This document shows, one piece after another, positions 1 to 11,415 of a stretch of DNA of 64,000 nucleotides. The notes below the pieces were generated by a model that saw only the letters and a program-made list of their open reading frames with translations, was not told the DNA's origin and did not search any database. The stretch is taken from positions 34,844,001-34,908,000 of the forward strand of contig OX597819.1 in the NCBI GenBank assembly GCA_951406725.2, given 5' to 3'. Position 1 is the first letter of the stretch, and each line of letters begins with the position of its first letter. The position numbers and the translations under genes are program-made. The stretch is from Octopus vulgaris (lineage: Eukaryota).

Positions 1-758
1 AAATGCATCCGGTTATAAAATATGGCAAAAAGTGAGGATGTGCATTAACAGAATAAAAGACACATTATTAAGCTAGACTGTAAAACGCTGCCCTTTGTGT
101 GTGATTGAGCGCCTGTGTGTGTGTTTCAATATATATATTTACTAATGTATGCTGTTGTGTATGTTACATGTTCAATCTACGTATAGTGTTAATACACCTG
201 TACATGCGTGTGTATGTATATATACATACACACACACACAGATACACATATATATATATATATTTAAGAGATGGTGTTGTTTTCGATATGCATTTATAAG
301 TTAAACACATTTTTTCCGGGAAATAACGTTATTCCTGATAGATGACTAACCAACCTCACAAGCATATCCTCGCATAGACGTCTTGCTTTCTGGCATTTGT
401 ACTTGACTCTTTCGTTTGTGACTACCCAGTCAATATGGTCTTAGGAAGTAGTCGTAAAAAATAACAGCATGAAACCCAGTTGATAAGAGAAAAAAACATC
501 TATGCACTACAGAGATATTTCTTTATTACCCACTAGGGGCGACATAGAGGGGACACTACAAGACATTGGGGACATAGAACATTATAAAAATAAAAGTATG
601 TAAGATGAAATTTTGAAAATGATAATATGAAAGTGATGCTAACGGCCCCTCTATGCACTACAGAGAAATTTGGATAGGTATATATGATAATTTATATGTT
701 CAAAATATATGTGAATGGCGTATCGTCAGATCCCAAAAACCTGTTGACCTATGACCTC

Positions 759-1110
759 TTAAAAATATGGAAGGGGGAATGCTTCACTACTCAAAGGTAG
801 CAATTGGGGATTATCTCCCTTCGCTAGTAGGAACCTCTTGAAATGTAAACATGGCCCAAAAATCTCTGTTCTGGAGTTAAGGATGTTCCCTGGTTCGACT
901 GAGTCTTTTAGGATTCTCGCACGTTCAGCTATGCATAACTTGCAACGCTTCATCCCGTTCTCGAGGATTTTTCCATGATATTGAGTATGGAAGCCCATCG
1001 TCTCTTAGTTGCCAGATGTGGCTGACCAGTGACGTTATGCATTTCCTTTCTTGGTGGAAGGTCGAGGTAAGAGACATGTAGTTGCAGTCATGGTGGGTCA
1101 CGCAGATACA
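759..1110 (-). mobile_element. Penelope-like element remnant, C-terminal GIY-YIG endonuclease region (frameshifted)
   Basis: Joining two frames gives TSLVSHIWQLRDDGLPYSISWK / ILENGMKRCKLCIAERARILK...ILNSRTEIFGPCLHFKRFLL. This matches the T.LS.HIW.LK...Y.I.W.I...C.LC..E...I....LN.R.E....C.H pattern of PLE GIY-YIG C-termini. Confidence 0.8.
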
Positions 1111-1183
1111 ATAGAATGTACTTTCTTTCATGCGGACAAGGATGAAACACCTCACTCCTGCTATCGAGGTAAAAATCCGGGCG

Positions 1184-1340
1184 TTAGGTACCTTTTAAAA
1201 TCGCTCTCTTCTCAGCCAGGCATAATCTGCACTTTCTGCTACTATTGAAGTACGGCTTGCATCTTTCTATGATCTTCCACTTTCTAAAGTACTTCGTGGC
1301 GCTTTCTTTCAAAGCCCAGACGTGCCCGGCAAAACGAGTT
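1184..1340 (-). mobile_element. Second, divergent Penelope-like GIY-YIG fragment
   Basis: Translation HVWALKESATKYFRKWKIIERCKPYFNSSRKCRLCLAEKRAILK shows the same motif block as the neighbouring fragment. Confidence 0.75.
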
Positions 1341-1994
1341 TGACCATGACATACACCAATGTACCCATGTACACATACGCACACCCCAATAAAGTGGACA
1401 TCCTGCACATAACTATCCCCCACCACCCACAGGACATACACACTCATGCAAATCGTACCCCCATATATACATAGACCTCTCACACACACATATATTACAC
1501 ACCGCACGCTAATATAAAGACCCACAACGTTATCCTTTACAGAAAGAAAATAGACAAATGAACACAGCGCTATATATACCAGCATCCCCAGAAAAAATTA
1601 TACATATGACACCACTACACATACCACACACCCCATCCCCGCAGTGACATCACATAATTAATAGACACTTTCCCCACTTCAAGGTAACTCTTGCTGGCTT
1701 CACAACATACCTAACCAAGAGACATAACTCCTAGCCAAATCCCTTGGCCCATTTTTCGTTTCACCACTTTTTTCGCAGCAGCCGCTGACCGGCTGTGCTA
1801 ATCCACTTCCGACAATAGAGAGCAGTCGCCATATTTCCTTCCATATCGGCTACCTCTGATCAGCGTAATTATATAATTGGATTGTTACCTAGCACTCTAT
1901 TGTATTTTTGTGCAAAACCGATTGGTAAGACCAACCGTGATGGATGCTTAATACTATAAATTTCAGGTAATATATACATACACATTAATATATA

Positions 1995-2386
1995 TCTTTA
2001 TATATAAAAGTGAAGTTGTGTGTCTGTCTCCTATGATTTAGATTCCTAACTACTCCCACATTTTGCGATGCAGTGTAACCAAAAGCGAGTATCTTATAGT
2101 CGTGATTCATATCGAGCCCTTCTGGGTATTAGCGCGCGTCTACGATGAGTCTACGATTTTAAAAATATTTACCATCATTTTTCCCCATTTTTAATGCATT
2201 TTTTTGCTATTATATAAGGGAAGTAACTCTCTAAAAATGTATTATTAAATCTCAGAACGTAAAAAGCTACAGTAACACCCCCTTTGTGGTTAGACATATT
2301 GAGATGGGTATTATACTTTACATCTCTAAAAATGCTTATATAGTTATTTCCCTTACAAACCCGAGCAACGCCGGGCGATACTGCTA

Positions 2387-2387
<1 letters not shown>
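1995..2387 (+). mobile_element. Non-autonomous Helitron
   Basis: Starts with 5' TC (tctttatatataaaagtgaagttgtgtgtctgtc) and ends with the hairpin cccgagcaacgccggg followed by CTAG (2384-2387). It sits between A and T with no TSD. Confidence 0.75.
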
Positions 2388-2443
<56 letters not shown>

Positions 2444-2447
<4 letters not shown>

Positions 2448-2755
2448 ATGATCAAGCTGACTATCGGATGTTTTAGACATCGCTGGTCACAATGCGCTTT
2501 TTGCATAGTATTAGCTTTCAAATAATGCCACCCCTCTATCTAGGCGAGTTGGCCGATATATATCTGTAACTATGCGTGTGCCATTGGTGATTTCTTCTCT
2601 ATCTTTGGATTTTTTTCTATTCCCCTTTCCGACGAAGGGCTATGCTCGAAACGTCAAACTCTCTCCTTTCACCGAGCGTCCAGCTAATACATTTCTTATG
2701 CACGTCTTCACGTTCGTTTTTTTATTTGAATTGTTTGCTTATTCGAATTGACTCA
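2444..2755 (+). mobile_element. Short non-coding element with a variant minimal hammerhead motif, fused to an antisense SINE tail
   Basis: ttt-CCGACGA-agggc-tat-gctc-GAAA-cGTC-aaa at ~2626-2658. Bases 2444-2534 are the reverse complement of the 3' part of the SINE at ~36022-36120. Confidence 0.55.
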
Positions 2756-3219
2756 GTGTGTGTGTGTATTTACAAGGATATATATATATATCTTTTTCTA
2801 TCTGTGTAGTATTTAAAATAGCAACGATATTTTTATTTTCATATTTCAATTTCCGTTCCCGATGAAATAGTTTATTCTCCTCATTCAAATTAATTAATTT
2901 CGAATTAATCATAGTAAGATTATATGACGGATGATACTTGCATTTGTTCCGTGAGAATAGCAGATATTTTAAAATATCATTCAAATCTTTGTTTTCAGTT
3001 CTTCTGAACAACTTGCCCTGCACGTTCGTTTTAGCTAATTTTAACTCAACGCCAACTCATAACTGTTATGGATATTGCATTGAAGCAATAATATATTGGA
3101 GTTTAACATATTAATCAATTGAGCTCTTAATTGAAGTGAATATATTTTTAGAGTGTTTAAGCACTAGTTCAGTGTATGTGTGTGTGTGTCTTTGTCTGTG
3201 TGTTAACATATATATACAT

Positions 3220-3598
3220 TTCTTTATTTCCCACAAGAGTCTAAACATAGAGGGGACAAACAAGGACAGACAAAAGTATTGAGTCGATTACATCGACCCC
3301 AATGCATACCTGGTACTTTATTTATCGACCCCGAAAGGATGAAAGGCAAAGTCGACCTCGGCGGAATTTGAACTCAGAACGTAACGGCAAAAGAAATACC
3401 TATTTCTTTACTACCCACAAGGGGCTAAACACAGAGAGAACAAACGGATTAAGTCGATTATATCGACCCCAGTGCGTAACTGGTATTTAATTATTCGACC
3501 CCGAAAGGATGAAAGGCAAAGTTAGCCTCGGCGGAATTTGAACTCAGAACGTAGCGGCAGACGAAATACAGCTAAGCATTTCGCCTGGCGTGCTAGTG
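3220..3598 (-). mobile_element. SINE family B (tRNA-like head, central gcctttcatcctttcggggtcgataa domain), internally duplicated
   Basis: Two copies of cgaccccgaaaggatgaaaggcaaag...cggcggaatttgaactcagaacgt. The same family recurs at 11540, 12812, 29865-30575, 41295, 43245 and 62365. Confidence 0.85.
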
Positions 3599-3719
3599 TT
3601 AACATATGTCTATGAGAATCGTACCGAAGTGGGTATAACATTTTTATTAACTGACATAGATCGTTCAAATTATACATGTTGGTAACGTAATTCTTTCTCT
3701 ATAGAAACTCTTCGTCCTG

Positions 3720-4050
3720 TTCTTCTTCACTGCAGGCAAATAATGAGCTTCAGGCAATGTCCCGTCATTGAGCTCTGGACGGCGAAGAAGTGTACGCTGT
3801 CTAACATTCACAGAAGGTTGTACGTTGATTACAAAGAGGACGCCATTGACAAGAGAAATGTACGAATTTGAAAAAATTCAGTAAAGGGAAGAACATCTTT
3901 GAACACAAACCACGCTGTAAAAAGGCCATCAAATGCGACCACCGGCACGAATCACCAGCGAATGACGAATTGATTGACTTAGAGGAGTCACAATCTAAAA
4001 GCTTGTTGCACAACTGGACTGCAATCACAATGCATTACAGAGCATTGTAG
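3720..4050 (+). mobile_element. Decayed mariner transposase N-terminal HTH
   Basis: VIELWTAKKCTLSNIHRRLYVDYKEDAIDKRNVRI*KKFSKGKNIFEHKPRCKRPS resembles the mariner IH.RL..VYG...W...F..G....D.PRSGRP pattern. Confidence 0.55.
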
Positions 4051-4280
4051 AAGACTTTGGATATCAGAAAGCGTAAGAAATGTGAACACCTCAGCATCTG
4101 ACACCCAATTTGAAGGAGAGAAGGGAGGAAGTCGATTGTTCAGAGATGCTGAAGGTCAGTGTTGTAGTAGAAAAGAGAGAGCTGACACGAATCAATAGTT
4201 GGGCTAGCATTAAGATATACAATTAATGACTTGTATGGACACCATATTTGGTTGTGCAACCATAAGATCTGGGTATTATT

Positions 4281-4850
4281 TGATTCTTTCACCCGCACGA
4301 TTTTCACTAAGAAAAAGGAAACTCAGATTTTTTGCGTGGAATCAAGTACCCTGACATCCTAATATGCTGCAAATTCCTTATTTTTATTCGGAGAAGGGGG
4401 GGGGTTACCGGACACCTTCCCCCCCTCTCCCACAGTCATTGGAAATTTCTTTTTTTTTTTTGTTGAATGAATTCCGGCGATCTCCTAATATGCTACAAAA
4501 CCCTTTTTGGGGTCCGGAAAACGGGGTGGGGTGAGGTCGAAGCCTCGGAAATTTCACCCACCCCCTCCCATTGATCCTTTCACCTGCACGATTTTCACTA
4601 AGGGAAAAAAAACTCGGATTTTATGCATGGAATCAAGTACCCTGACCTCCTAATATGCTGCAAGCTCCTTATTTTTGTTCGGAAAAAAAGTGGGGTGGAA
4701 AACCGGACATCCCTCCCCCATATCCTGGAATCATTGGACATTTTTTTTTTCGTTGACTGAATTCCGGTGGCCTCCTAATATGCTACAAAACCCTTTTGGG
4801 AGTCCGAAAAACAGGGTGGGTGGGGTGGAACCCTCGGAAATTTCACCCCA
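4281..4850. repeat. Two tandem ~291-bp units, each with an internal cctaatatgct(g/a)caaa sub-repeat
   Basis: Units start at 4281 (tgattctttcacccgcacgattttcactaag) and 4572 (tgatcctttcacctgcacgattttcactaag). Confidence 0.85.
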
Positions 4851-5261
4851 TCGCCATTTTCAAATATTTTTTGCCATTTCTTTCTTTACCCATAATTTTA
4901 GATAACATTTTGCCGAAATAGATTTTCGAGAGAAAATTCAAAGAAGTTTGAAATGAATAAGTTATTGAAGTTAGTCATAACGAAGTGTGTGGAGACATAA
5001 CAAATGATAAATTCATAAATTTAAAAAAACATTAGAGATTTTGCATGTGTGAAACGAAGTAAAAGTATATAATATTAAAACAAAAGCATCTTTTTCCTAC
5101 CTCTTAAAATCACTAGATATAAAATATATAATAATCCTGGATAGATTTCCCCTTTGCAATTTTTGGCGCCGCTATGTGTGGAGAGAAAGAGAGAGTGGGT
5201 GACGAAGTTTACCTAAACATTGAATGGGTAACAATCTATCGTAATTATATATATCATTATA

Positions 5262-5665
5262 CATCATCATCATCATCATCGTTTAACGTCTGCTTTCCAT
5301 ACTGGCATGGGTTGAAGGTTTCTATAACTGGATGCACTTCCTAATGCCAACCACTCCAAGAATGTAGTGGGTGCTTTTCAAGTGTGACTGGAATGGGGGC
5401 CAGTCAGAAGGCACTGGCATCGATCACGCTCGAATGGTACTTTTTACGTGCCAACTGGACCCTGTGCCAGTCACACTTGAAAAGCACCCACTAAGCTCTC
5501 AGAGTGGTTGGCATTAGGAAGGGCATCCAGCTGTAGAAACCTTGCCAGAACAGACTGGAGTCTCATTGCAGCCACCTGGCTTGCCAGTCCTCAGTCAAAC
5601 CGTCCAACCCATGCCAGCATGGAAAGCAGACATTAAACGATGATGATGATGATGACGATGATGAT
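5262..5665. mobile_element. Inverted pair of RTE LINE 3' tails (fold-back)
   Basis: The left arm (catcatcatcgtttaacgtctgctttcc...) is the reverse complement of the right arm (...ggaaagcagacattaaacgatgatg). The same tail ends the RTE copy at 22696-23905. Confidence 0.85.
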
Positions 5666-5750
5666 GACAATGACGGTGACGACGGCGTTGTAAATGAATA
5701 TCACTGTTTCTGACACCAAACTTGCCATTCCAAACTAAAATTATTCTTAC

Positions 5751-5790
5751 CGTAGTCATGGAAGAGAAAGCTTTCCCATTCTGAATCCAT
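5751..5790 (-). CDS. Candidate first coding mini-exon MDSEWESFLFHDY (phase 1)
   Basis: ATG-initiated 40-nt frame ending at the strong donor G|GTAAGA, in repeat-free sequence. I recognise no homology. Confidence 0.3.
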
Positions 5791-7028
5791 CAGAGCATGT
5801 GTAATGTTTATATTTTATTTAATAAACATCTACCTCTATCAGCAAGTTGTTATTATTCACTGTATCATTGGGTTGATTGGATTTCTCATTCTCTTCAAAG
5901 ATTCTGTTTTGTTTTTTGTTGTTTGTTTTTTTGTTTGTTTTTTTTTGGGGGGGGGTGCAGTAATAATCCAATGTGAAATATCAATGACATTGCTTTATTT
6001 CTTCTGATACAGCAGCACAAAACTCAAAAGCTATCTATTTATTTATCTATTTATTCATCTCTTGCTATTACATTAACCTCAATAATATTAATAATAAAAA
6101 TAATAAAAAGTATTTCACTGAAAATATTGAATCTGTTTGTTTACCCACCAGAACAAAGTTTACATTATTTTCGGAACTGTTAGGAATTGGAGGGAAAATG
6201 TCTATTCTAACTTGATAAATAAAACAAACCATCTCATTCTTTTTCTTTCCTTTTCTATTCCATAAGTTGCTCATAAATTACAAGCTTTTCTTATATATAT
6301 TTTATTCTATGATCAGTGTTTATTTTTTTATTTATTTTATTTTTTGGTTTCCTGTCAAATTACTTATTTAACACCTTTTCTTTTTACCAATTTCCTCAGT
6401 AAATGCTGTTCAAGTATTTCATTCTCTGAGACATTAGTTTTACAATTAACACAGTAATAACTATTCCGTGTTTGCCACATTTGTGGTAATGCTTCATAAT
6501 AATTTTTTACCCTCTTGGAATTCCAAGTATATAAAGTTAAAATGAAGCAGGGAAGGGAAAAAAAGTTGTAAAGCTAACACTCCCATTTTTGTTACTTTGT
6601 CAAATTCTTTCTTTTTCCCTAACAAGAAATGTCACAGGCCATACAGTTCCTCTCATCATTTCACATTCTAATAACACATGAATGTTCACTTCTACTGAAA
6701 ACACTTCAAAACTAAGGATTTCCTCACATAAAAAATCTACCCATCCAAAAAGATATCCTGAATATTCCATCAGTTATAATTTCCATTTTGGTTTTTTTTA
6801 AAAATAATTCCAAAACTAAAATTCCTATTTCTTTTTTTCCTTTCCAGTTTTGCTGTTCCTTGTTGTTATTTTGCTTCTTATTTTTCATATTTCATTTCTA
6901 ATTTTATTTTCTAATTTTCAATTTCTTTTTCTATTTTACTATTTGTGGGTTTTTTTCAGGGGTTTTTTTTTTGTTTTTTTTTTTTTTCTTCCATTCCTTA
7001 CTTTTGATTTGGTACTAAAGTAACTCAC

Positions 7029-7074
7029 ATCCAAATCCTGAACTGATTGAATCTTCTCTCTCTTTTTCTGACAT
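7029..7074 (-). CDS. Candidate alternative first coding mini-exon MSEKEREDSISSGFG (phase 1)
   Basis: ATG-initiated 46-nt frame ending at the donor T|GTGAGT, preceded by an A-rich leader. I recognise no homology. Confidence 0.25.
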
Positions 7075-7730
7075 TCTCTGCCTGCAATGTTTTGGGCTTT
7101 TTTTTGGGTTTTTTTTTTTTTTTTGATTCACTTCCAACATTATAACACAAAATTGATAACATTAGCAAAGACCAAGTTTTTAAAAAATTTTTTACAAAAA
7201 ATAAGAATCACAAAGCAACAAGTGGGATTTGTCGTAGTAGTAGTTGTTGTTGTTATTGTTGTTGTTATTGTTTTACTTTAATACATAATTGACAAAGACT
7301 ACTTTCAGATTACGACTTAAAAATATAATGTAATAATGATAAGGATGATGATGGTGGTGGTGGTGGCAGTGGCGACAGTAGTGATAGTGGTGGCAGCAGT
7401 AGTGATGGTCATTGTGGTGGTGACAGTAGTGACAACAATGATGATAAGAGAGTGATGATAAGGTGGTGGTGGTGGTAATGATGATGATGATGATGATGGG
7501 GATGATGATGTCATTTATGATCTCAATGATAACTCAGCAAACTGTCATAAGAACAAGTTCTTTCTTTCTGGAATATGGCAAGAAATCTCATAAACTTTGG
7601 TGGTGGAAGGAAGTATAGTATAGTGATGGGGGTGGGGAGAATGGAAAATGTGATTGGGGTGAGGGACTCGACATGTAATGGTGGGAGTACACACAATGTA
7701 GTGGGTAGAAGGAAGAGACACAATGTTATC

Positions 7731-7950
7731 ACTCTTTCCTTTGTTTCAGTCATTAGACAGGTCATGCTGGGGCACCACCTGCAAGGGTTTAGTTAAGCAA
7801 ATCAACCTCAGTACTGTTTTTTTTTCTTAGATTTTCTTTTTTCATGTAAGGTGTATTCGTCTCTTTTACTGAGTTGTTAAGGTAGAGGAACATAAACAAA
7901 CAAACACCAACTTTCAAGCAGTGGTGGAAGCAAACATAAACACAAAGTCA
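7731..7950 (-). mobile_element. SINE family A 3' half (degenerate)
   Basis: ttgtttcagtcattagacaggtcatgctggggcaccacc matches the reverse complement of the family A tail. Confidence 0.6.
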
Positions 7951-7973
7951 CGCACATACACACACACACACAC

Positions 7974-8014
<41 letters not shown>

Positions 8015-8150
8015 CACATATGCATATATGTGTGTTTATGGGTATATATATATATATCATATGGGTATATATATATCATCATCATCATCATTTTGCATCT
8101 GCTTTCTGTGCTGGCATCAGTTTGACAGGAATTGGTAAACTGGAGAGCTG

Positions 8151-8979
8151 TTTGGGTTCATGCCAGGGAAAAGCACCACTGATGCTATATTCCTGGTAAG
8201 ACAGCTGCAGGAGATAAACCTCTGTATCTGGCTTTCATTGACATGGAGAAAGCCTTTGACAGGGTCCCTCAATCCCTTATCTGGTGATCAATGAGGAAAC
8301 TAGGGATAGATGAATGGCTAGTGAGAGCTGTGCAAGCCATGTACAGGGTCTCTGTCAATAAGGTGAGGGTTGGCAACAAGTACAGTGAAGAATTCCAGGT
8401 AGAGGTAGGGGTCTACCAAGGTTCAGTTCTCAGCCCCTTCATATTTATCATAGTCCCCCAAACGATAACAGAGGAATTCAAGACAGGATGCCGCTAGGAG
8501 CTCCTCTATGCTGACGACCTTGCTCTAATTGCTGAGTTACTATCAGAACTAGAAGAGAAGTTTCAAGTGTGGAAGCAAGAATTAGAATCGAAGGGCCTTA
8601 GAGTCAACCTAGCTAAAACCAAAGCCCTAATAAGTAGGAAGGCAGACAAACCACAAATCCCTTCAGGTTGATGGCTCTGCTCGATATGTAGAAAAGGTGA
8701 AGGTAAAAGCTCTATAAGATGTACCCAGTGTAAGCTATAGACACAATAAGACATGCAGCAATATCAAAGGAAGGCTAACTGGGAAGATAGTTTTTGTATG
8801 TTGCAGATGCTCTGGAGCAATAAACACTGAAAATGTGCAGAGAACAACTTCTGCCACATTCCAAGGAGAAAAACTAGAAGTAGTTGATAGCTTCCATTAC
8901 CTAGATGACCAAGTCAGTAGCAGGGGAGGGTGCGCTGAAAGTGTAGCTGCTAGAATAAGAATAGCCTGGGCAAAGTTCA
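8151..8979 (+). mobile_element. RTE-clade LINE reverse transcriptase pseudogene fragment
   Basis: Translation FGFMPGKSTTDAIF, LAFIDMEKAFDRVP, VGVYQGSVLSP, LLYADDLAL, GLRVNLAKTK, a Cys-rich insert, then LEVVDSFHYL...ARIRIAWAKF. Contains several stops. Confidence 0.93.
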
Positions 8980-9039
8980 CTCAAGATATAACTTTATATT
9001 TTGCAATATATATACATACATATATATATATATATATAT

Positions 9040-9514
9040 CATCATCATCATCATCATTTAACGTCCGCTTTCCATGCTAGCATGGGTTGGACGGTTCAAC
9101 TAGGGTCTGGGGAGCCCGAAGGCTGCACCAGGCCAGTCAGATCTGGCAGTGTTTCTACAGCTGGATGCCCTTCCTAACGCCAACCACTCCGAGAGTGTAG
9201 TGGGTGATTTTGTGTGCCACCGACACAGGTGCCAGACGAGGCTGGCGAACGGCCACGCTCGGATGGTGTTTTTTATGTGCCACCGACACAGGTGCCAGAC
9301 GAGGCTGGCAGACGGCCACGCTCGGATGGTGTTTTTATGTGCCACCGACACAGGTGCCAGATGAGGCTGGCGAACGGCCACGATCGGATGGTGTTTGTTA
9401 CGTGCCCACAGCACGGAGGCCAGTCGATGCCGTACTGGCTACGGCCACGTTCGGATGGTTTTCTTGTGTGCCACCGGCACTGGTACCACAAAGATACAAA
9501 TTCCATTGATGTTC

Positions 9515-9520
<6 letters not shown>
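9040..9520 (-). mobile_element. Young RTE 3'-UTR/tail copy with ~62-bp internal minisatellite
   Basis: (GAT)n tail plus three gtgccaccgacacaggtgccagacgaggctggc units. Nearly identical to 25917-26390. Confidence 0.85.
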
Positions 9521-9559
<39 letters not shown>

Positions 9560-9634
9560 CAGACAGAACATCAGTAGATCATATATCTGAAAAGGGACAC
9601 TCTAAACATTAGAGTAGTAATGTATTTACAGGAA

Positions 9635-10655
9635 CATTATTTACATTATTTACATTTAAGGGATATTTGTCCTCGTCTTGCTTGTTGTTAATACTTTTTG
9701 GCTGATATACCTTCCAGTCTTCATCAGGTGTCTTGGGGAAATTTAGAACCTGGGTTCTCATTCCTAAGGTATTTTTCAATGTTGTTGTTATTATTATTGT
9801 TATTATTATTATTATTATTGAGTGAGAGAGCAGTGCATGCCATCAAAGTGACACTGGGGTAAAATATACGAAGCCCATTATACCCATCATGACTACCCGT
9901 CTGATATGGGTACACCAGGCACATGCATCACAGCCATATGTACACAACATGGTGATCTCATATCAAGATAAACAGTGCATGACCTTGCAGGTGGGGGCCC
10001 AGTTAGAATTTTCTTCTGGTCGAGTAGCCCATCCTGCTCAAAAGGTCCCTGAATAAGGATTGTTTAAGGATGTTGAACAAACCACCTATCTTTCCGAAGG
10101 TGAATTATCCAAATCTCTAAGAACTCCTTTCAACACATGGCTATGATGCTCCCCCACTACTTCTACTCGTGATCAGAGATGCACATATCCTCAGCCACTA
10201 AGGGACATGCTCAACTGGTTATGGTCAAACAACTGACAAGCAAATCTGTGGTTTTGAGCAGAATATTTGCAGTAGCCCATCTTTTATACCAAGACAAAAC
10301 AATGTACACAATAACACTTCCAATCAGTTAAGATCAGAAGCCATGAGAGCCACTGACTGGTACTGCATCAGGGCATTTATTATTATTATTATTATTATTA
10401 TTGTTATTGTTGTTGTTGTTGTTATTGTTAACCACAAGATTCCAAGTTCGATTCCAGGCAGTGACCTGAATAATAATAATAATAATAATGATATCAACAA
10501 CAACAACAATAACATCGAAAAATACCTTAGGAATGAGAAGGCTGGAGGGTATATCAGCCAAAACGTGTTAACAACAAACAAGATGAGGACAAATATCCAT
10601 CAAATGTAAATGATGCAAATGATGTACATAATTCCTCATCTCTTAAATATAGAAC
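9635..10655. mobile_element. Head-to-head inverted insertion of a hammerhead-bearing, tRNA-B-box element, flanked by a 14-bp TSD
   Basis: TSD tgtatttacaggaa at 9621-9634 and 10656-10669. Arms at ~9635-9790 (-) and ~10428-10655 (+). CTGATGA core on the - strand at 9721-9727. B box GTTCGATTCC at 10446-10455. Confidence 0.75.
9820..10376. mobile_element. ~555-bp non-coding element inserted in (TAA)n, copy 1
   Basis: Runs gagtgagagagcagtgcatgccatcaaagtgacac...tactgcatcagggcat. Flanked on both sides by (TTA)n. Four copies occur in the window. Confidence 0.85.
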
Positions 10656-10670
10656 TGTATTTACAGGAAG

Positions 10671-10723
<53 letters not shown>

Positions 10724-10734
10724 AATGTTACGAT

Positions 10735-11100
10735 CAAGAAGGTGAATGACAATGAACTTTTTGTGTGCACAGTTTGTGACAGACTATACCTTTCTTTTGC
10801 TTAAATCTCCTTTGCAAACCTACACCAACCTCCACCAACTATTCTACCTATATGTCTGTGCACACCTTTGAATACAGTGTATGCCAGAAGGTTGGTAAAT
10901 CTAACAGAGGCCTCAGAAGACATTTTAAGATACACAAAGATCAGAACTTATCTGTAGCTCTTGGTAGTCCAAATTGGATGTGCAATCTATATGGGTGTCT
11001 TTTCAGAACATTGTCTGGTTTAAAAAGCCACATCAGATGCCATGATAGCTCTAAGGTACAGGAAGTAGTCAAACTCTGCATAAGGAGTAGAGAATCACCA
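10735..11100 (+). mobile_element. 3' end of a LINE (RTE-like) with degenerate C2H2 zinc fingers
   Basis: FVCTVCDR..., VCQKVGKSNRGLRRHFKIH and CNLYGCLFRTLSGLKSHIRCH, followed by a short UTR-like tail and (TA)n. No splice context is visible. Confidence 0.6.
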
Positions 11101-11269
11101 TATATATATACATATATACAACAATATATGTGTGTGTGCATGTATGTATGTATGTATGTATGTATGTGTATGTATGTATGTGTGTATGTATGTATGTGTG
11201 TGTGTATGTATGTATGTATTATCATTATTATCATTATTATTATTATCATCATCATTATTATATCCATGC

Positions 11270-11415
11270 TGGTCTTCTATACAGTTTCTACCTACAAGAT
11301 TTACCCAAAGCTATAATAGAAGACACTTGCCTAAGGCATCATGTAGTGGGACTGAACTTGAAACCAAATGGTTGTAAAGTGAACTTCTTAACCACACAGC
11401 CATGTCTGTACCTGT
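11270..11415 (-). mobile_element. SINE family A 5' half
   Basis: agaagacacttgcctaaggc...gtgggactgaac...accacacagccat is the reverse complement of the family A head. Confidence 0.75.

Noticed and set aside
10852-11316. Host C2H2 zinc-finger gene
   Set aside because: Zinc ligands are mutated, there are no TGEKP linkers or splice context, and the ORF runs into microsatellites. It fits a LINE C-terminus better.
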